Origin: Bigelowiella natans CCMP2755
Lineage: Eukaryota > Protista > Cercozoa
Length of the DNA: 64,000 bases
Assembly (NCBI GenBank): GCA_000320545.1
Contig: ADNK01000461.1
Location: 36,769 to 100,768, forward strand
Direction: 5' to 3'
In this document: positions 61,759-64,000 of the stretch, piece after piece
How positions within the stretch are numbered: position 1 is the first letter of the stretch
Layout of the letters: each line of letters starts with the position of its first letter
The notes under the pieces: model-generated
Databases searched by the model: none
What the model saw: the letters and a program-made list of their open reading frames with translations, nothing else
Told to the model about the DNA's origin: nothing
Position numbers and translations under genes: made by a program

Positions 61759-62538
61759 ATGTTGCTGCTGTTCTTAAATAAGCATTCATGATGGATTAGA
61801 CGTGTCTCTCTGATACAACCAATGATGTTTTTCTTGCTTCATCATCATCATCATCATCATCATCGTATAGTCCTACTTGTCATATTCCCTGTTCTCGATA
61901 AAGACTTTGATAGCCACCTGGCATATGAGGAGGGGGGGGAGAGGGGAGGAGGAAGAGGAATAAGGAAGTCAATAGATCTTCTAAAAATAATTACACATAG
62001 TTTTGATTTCTGAGCATCGAATTGACTAGGAGTCATGTCACACTAGTTTTCATTGCACGCACGCCACACAATGTATATATAAATATGTAATGTTTTAGAA
62101 ACCGTCTCATCCGAGGTGTTATCACGGGCCTGAATAATGACTTTATGGGGGCCAACACCCAAGAGTCTTTCAAAGATCAGAAATCGTTGCTGTTCTGCTT
62201 CCCTTTCCCCCACTAACCCCCTCCTTCTTCTCCTTTTTGCTCCTGCTCTATTCATATCTTCTTCCACGCTTTCAGGCACCATACCCGTCGATCTATTATG
62301 CTTGTTATGCTTATCTCCTTCTCCTCCTCCTTCGGTACTACCACCACCACCACCACTACTACTACTGCACCCCCCCCCAAGCTGGGGGTTTGTAGAAGGA
62401 ACATACGAAACAGGGATGGGAGGGAACTGGCCACCACTTATTCCGATGTCAAAGAGCTTCCTCATGCGGTGGTAGAATCGAACAAATGGCCTGCAGTACG
62501 TGCACAATAAGTAGCAAAGGTAAGAGCAGCAGTGGTAA

Positions 62539-62571
<33 letters not shown>

Positions 62572-63027
62572 CTGCCTGGGAGGGGATAAGGGTGTTGCTG
62601 ATTGGTTGCGAGGTGTATGCGCGAGAGAATTGATATGCTGCTGGAATATGCAAGAAAAGAATTATACGCAAGCAATAAGACGATAGGAGGGAATTATCAT
62701 ATGCTGCATATACCACTATTACAGATATTGTACATTATAACATGTTACATCATATTATTACCTTGGGTTGCTGACGTCGATGCGTGCCCCCCTCCCGTTG
62801 ATGCCGCTGCGTCGCCGAATTCGGTATAAATAGGAGGTGAAAGGGCTGCTGCTGCTGCTGCTGCTGCAACGGTGGAGGGCAGGATCTAACGTTGTTTTAC
62901 CATCGCCAGCCTGGCCTTTTGCCTAAAATGAATATGATGATGATGATGATGATGATGATGATGGTGATGATAATAGTGAAATGAGAAGACTCATCAAGTC
63001 AATGAATTTCACGTAGAACACGCACAC

Positions 63028-63067
<40 letters not shown>

Positions 63068-63865
63068 AGCATCATATTCGTAACATCATCATCCCACCTC
63101 ATCGTTCTCATGATTACGTTGGAGCAGGAACAAGGGCGATACGTCCTGCGTGCTTCGATCGAAATGGAATAGTACTACAGCCGTGTTTGAAAAAGGGGGG
63201 GGGGAGGAGAAAAGGAGAAGACGGACAACAAGAAGGACAACAAGATTTATAGGAAGAAGAAATGTAAGAAAATAAATGCTAGCAGATGTAAGTTTGGAAA
63301 CATAGATTTTACTACTACTTTGACTACTCTCTGTCGCTCAATCTACCATCTAACAACACCAGCAGGTATGGAAACCTCCTACCGGATTCCAAACGCGATT
63401 CAGCTGCATTGTGAGGAGAAAGAGAGGTCCTTATATCCCTGTCTACTTCAAAGGCGTCGAGGAAGTGTGAAACAAACCACGTGCTTCTTCTTCTTCTTCT
63501 GCTACTCCTCAAAGAAGAAGAAGAAGAAGTAGAAGAAGTAGAAGAAGGACCCGCTCCGATATGTGTCTTTGTAATGGATGTAAGTATGAAAAATAATCAT
63601 AAACATATTTTTATACACAAGTACAAGCACAAGCACAAGCATACACCAGCAACAAATATATATATTGCAGCATCTCTTACAGCCCCTCCTCCCTCCAATA
63701 CCAATGTCCCCTTTTACTCTACCTTTTCTTCCCTTGTTGGTCCCCCTCCTCCTCCTCCTCCTCCACTTCCATCCAGATGCTCATCAGCATTATCATCACC
63801 ATGATCTTCCTCAAGATGTGTCAGTATAGCGTTTGCTGTTACATCGCCCAAAACGGGACCCACCT

Positions 63866-63897
<32 letters not shown>

Positions 63898-64000
63898 TCA
63901 AGAATAACAATGATGATGATAATAATTATAATAGTAATAAGTATGTTCTAAGAAATCTGAAGTGCTGATTTGTCCCTCTCCCCCTTCCTCTCTCTCTCTC
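59480..64000 (-). CDS. Multi-exon hypothetical gene, 5' end outside the window
   Basis: Minus-strand exons bounded by GT/AG, e.g. TWFVSHFLDAFEVDRDIRTSLSPHNAAESRLESGRRFPYLLVLLDGR, PFVRFYHRMRKLFDIGISGGQFPPIP, CWAEYILREIGFTLFQ, ILLDAAALNVRDQ. Product not identified. Confidence 0.5.

Noticed and set aside
1-64000. rRNA, tRNA, transposase, reverse transcriptase or the putative mutator enzyme itself
   Set aside because: No recognisable RNA gene, TE catalytic motif, deaminase (HxE...PCxxC) or TET/JBP motif found by eye. Short or diverged cases could be missed.

Overview
Gene-dense, intron-rich eukaryotic nuclear DNA. It is probably from a chlorarachniophyte-type alga; this is inferred from one signal-peptide plus transit-peptide leader, short GT-AG introns and microsatellite-filled introns. 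About 17 protein genes were reconstructed by hand: a plastid-targeted bacterial-type DUF protein, DUF1415, an AAAP amino-acid transporter, a GT92 glycosyltransferase, a TVP15/COPI-associated protein fused to WW, SFT2, an FMC1-like protein, a MICAL-like FAD monooxygenase, ELMO plus 2xSH3, an Acinus-like protein, a PNPOx-FNR fusion, an NZF-MIU-UIM-RING-PARP protein, and several unknowns. They alternate strand almost perfectly. No rRNA, tRNA or CRISPR was seen. The strongest unexplained signal is three unrelated islands (~0.33-1.48 kb, ~17.7-19.7 kb, ~21.7-22.6 kb) almost devoid of TpA, rich in TpG/CpA and not depleted in CpG, where surviving TpA is mostly in CTAG. This looks like a RIP-like but opposite-polarity (A:T to G:C) regional hypermutation acting on TAH/DTA and sparing TAG. 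CTAG-enriched spacers at convergent gene junctions may be its older footprints. All counts are hand counts and exon boundaries are manual predictions.
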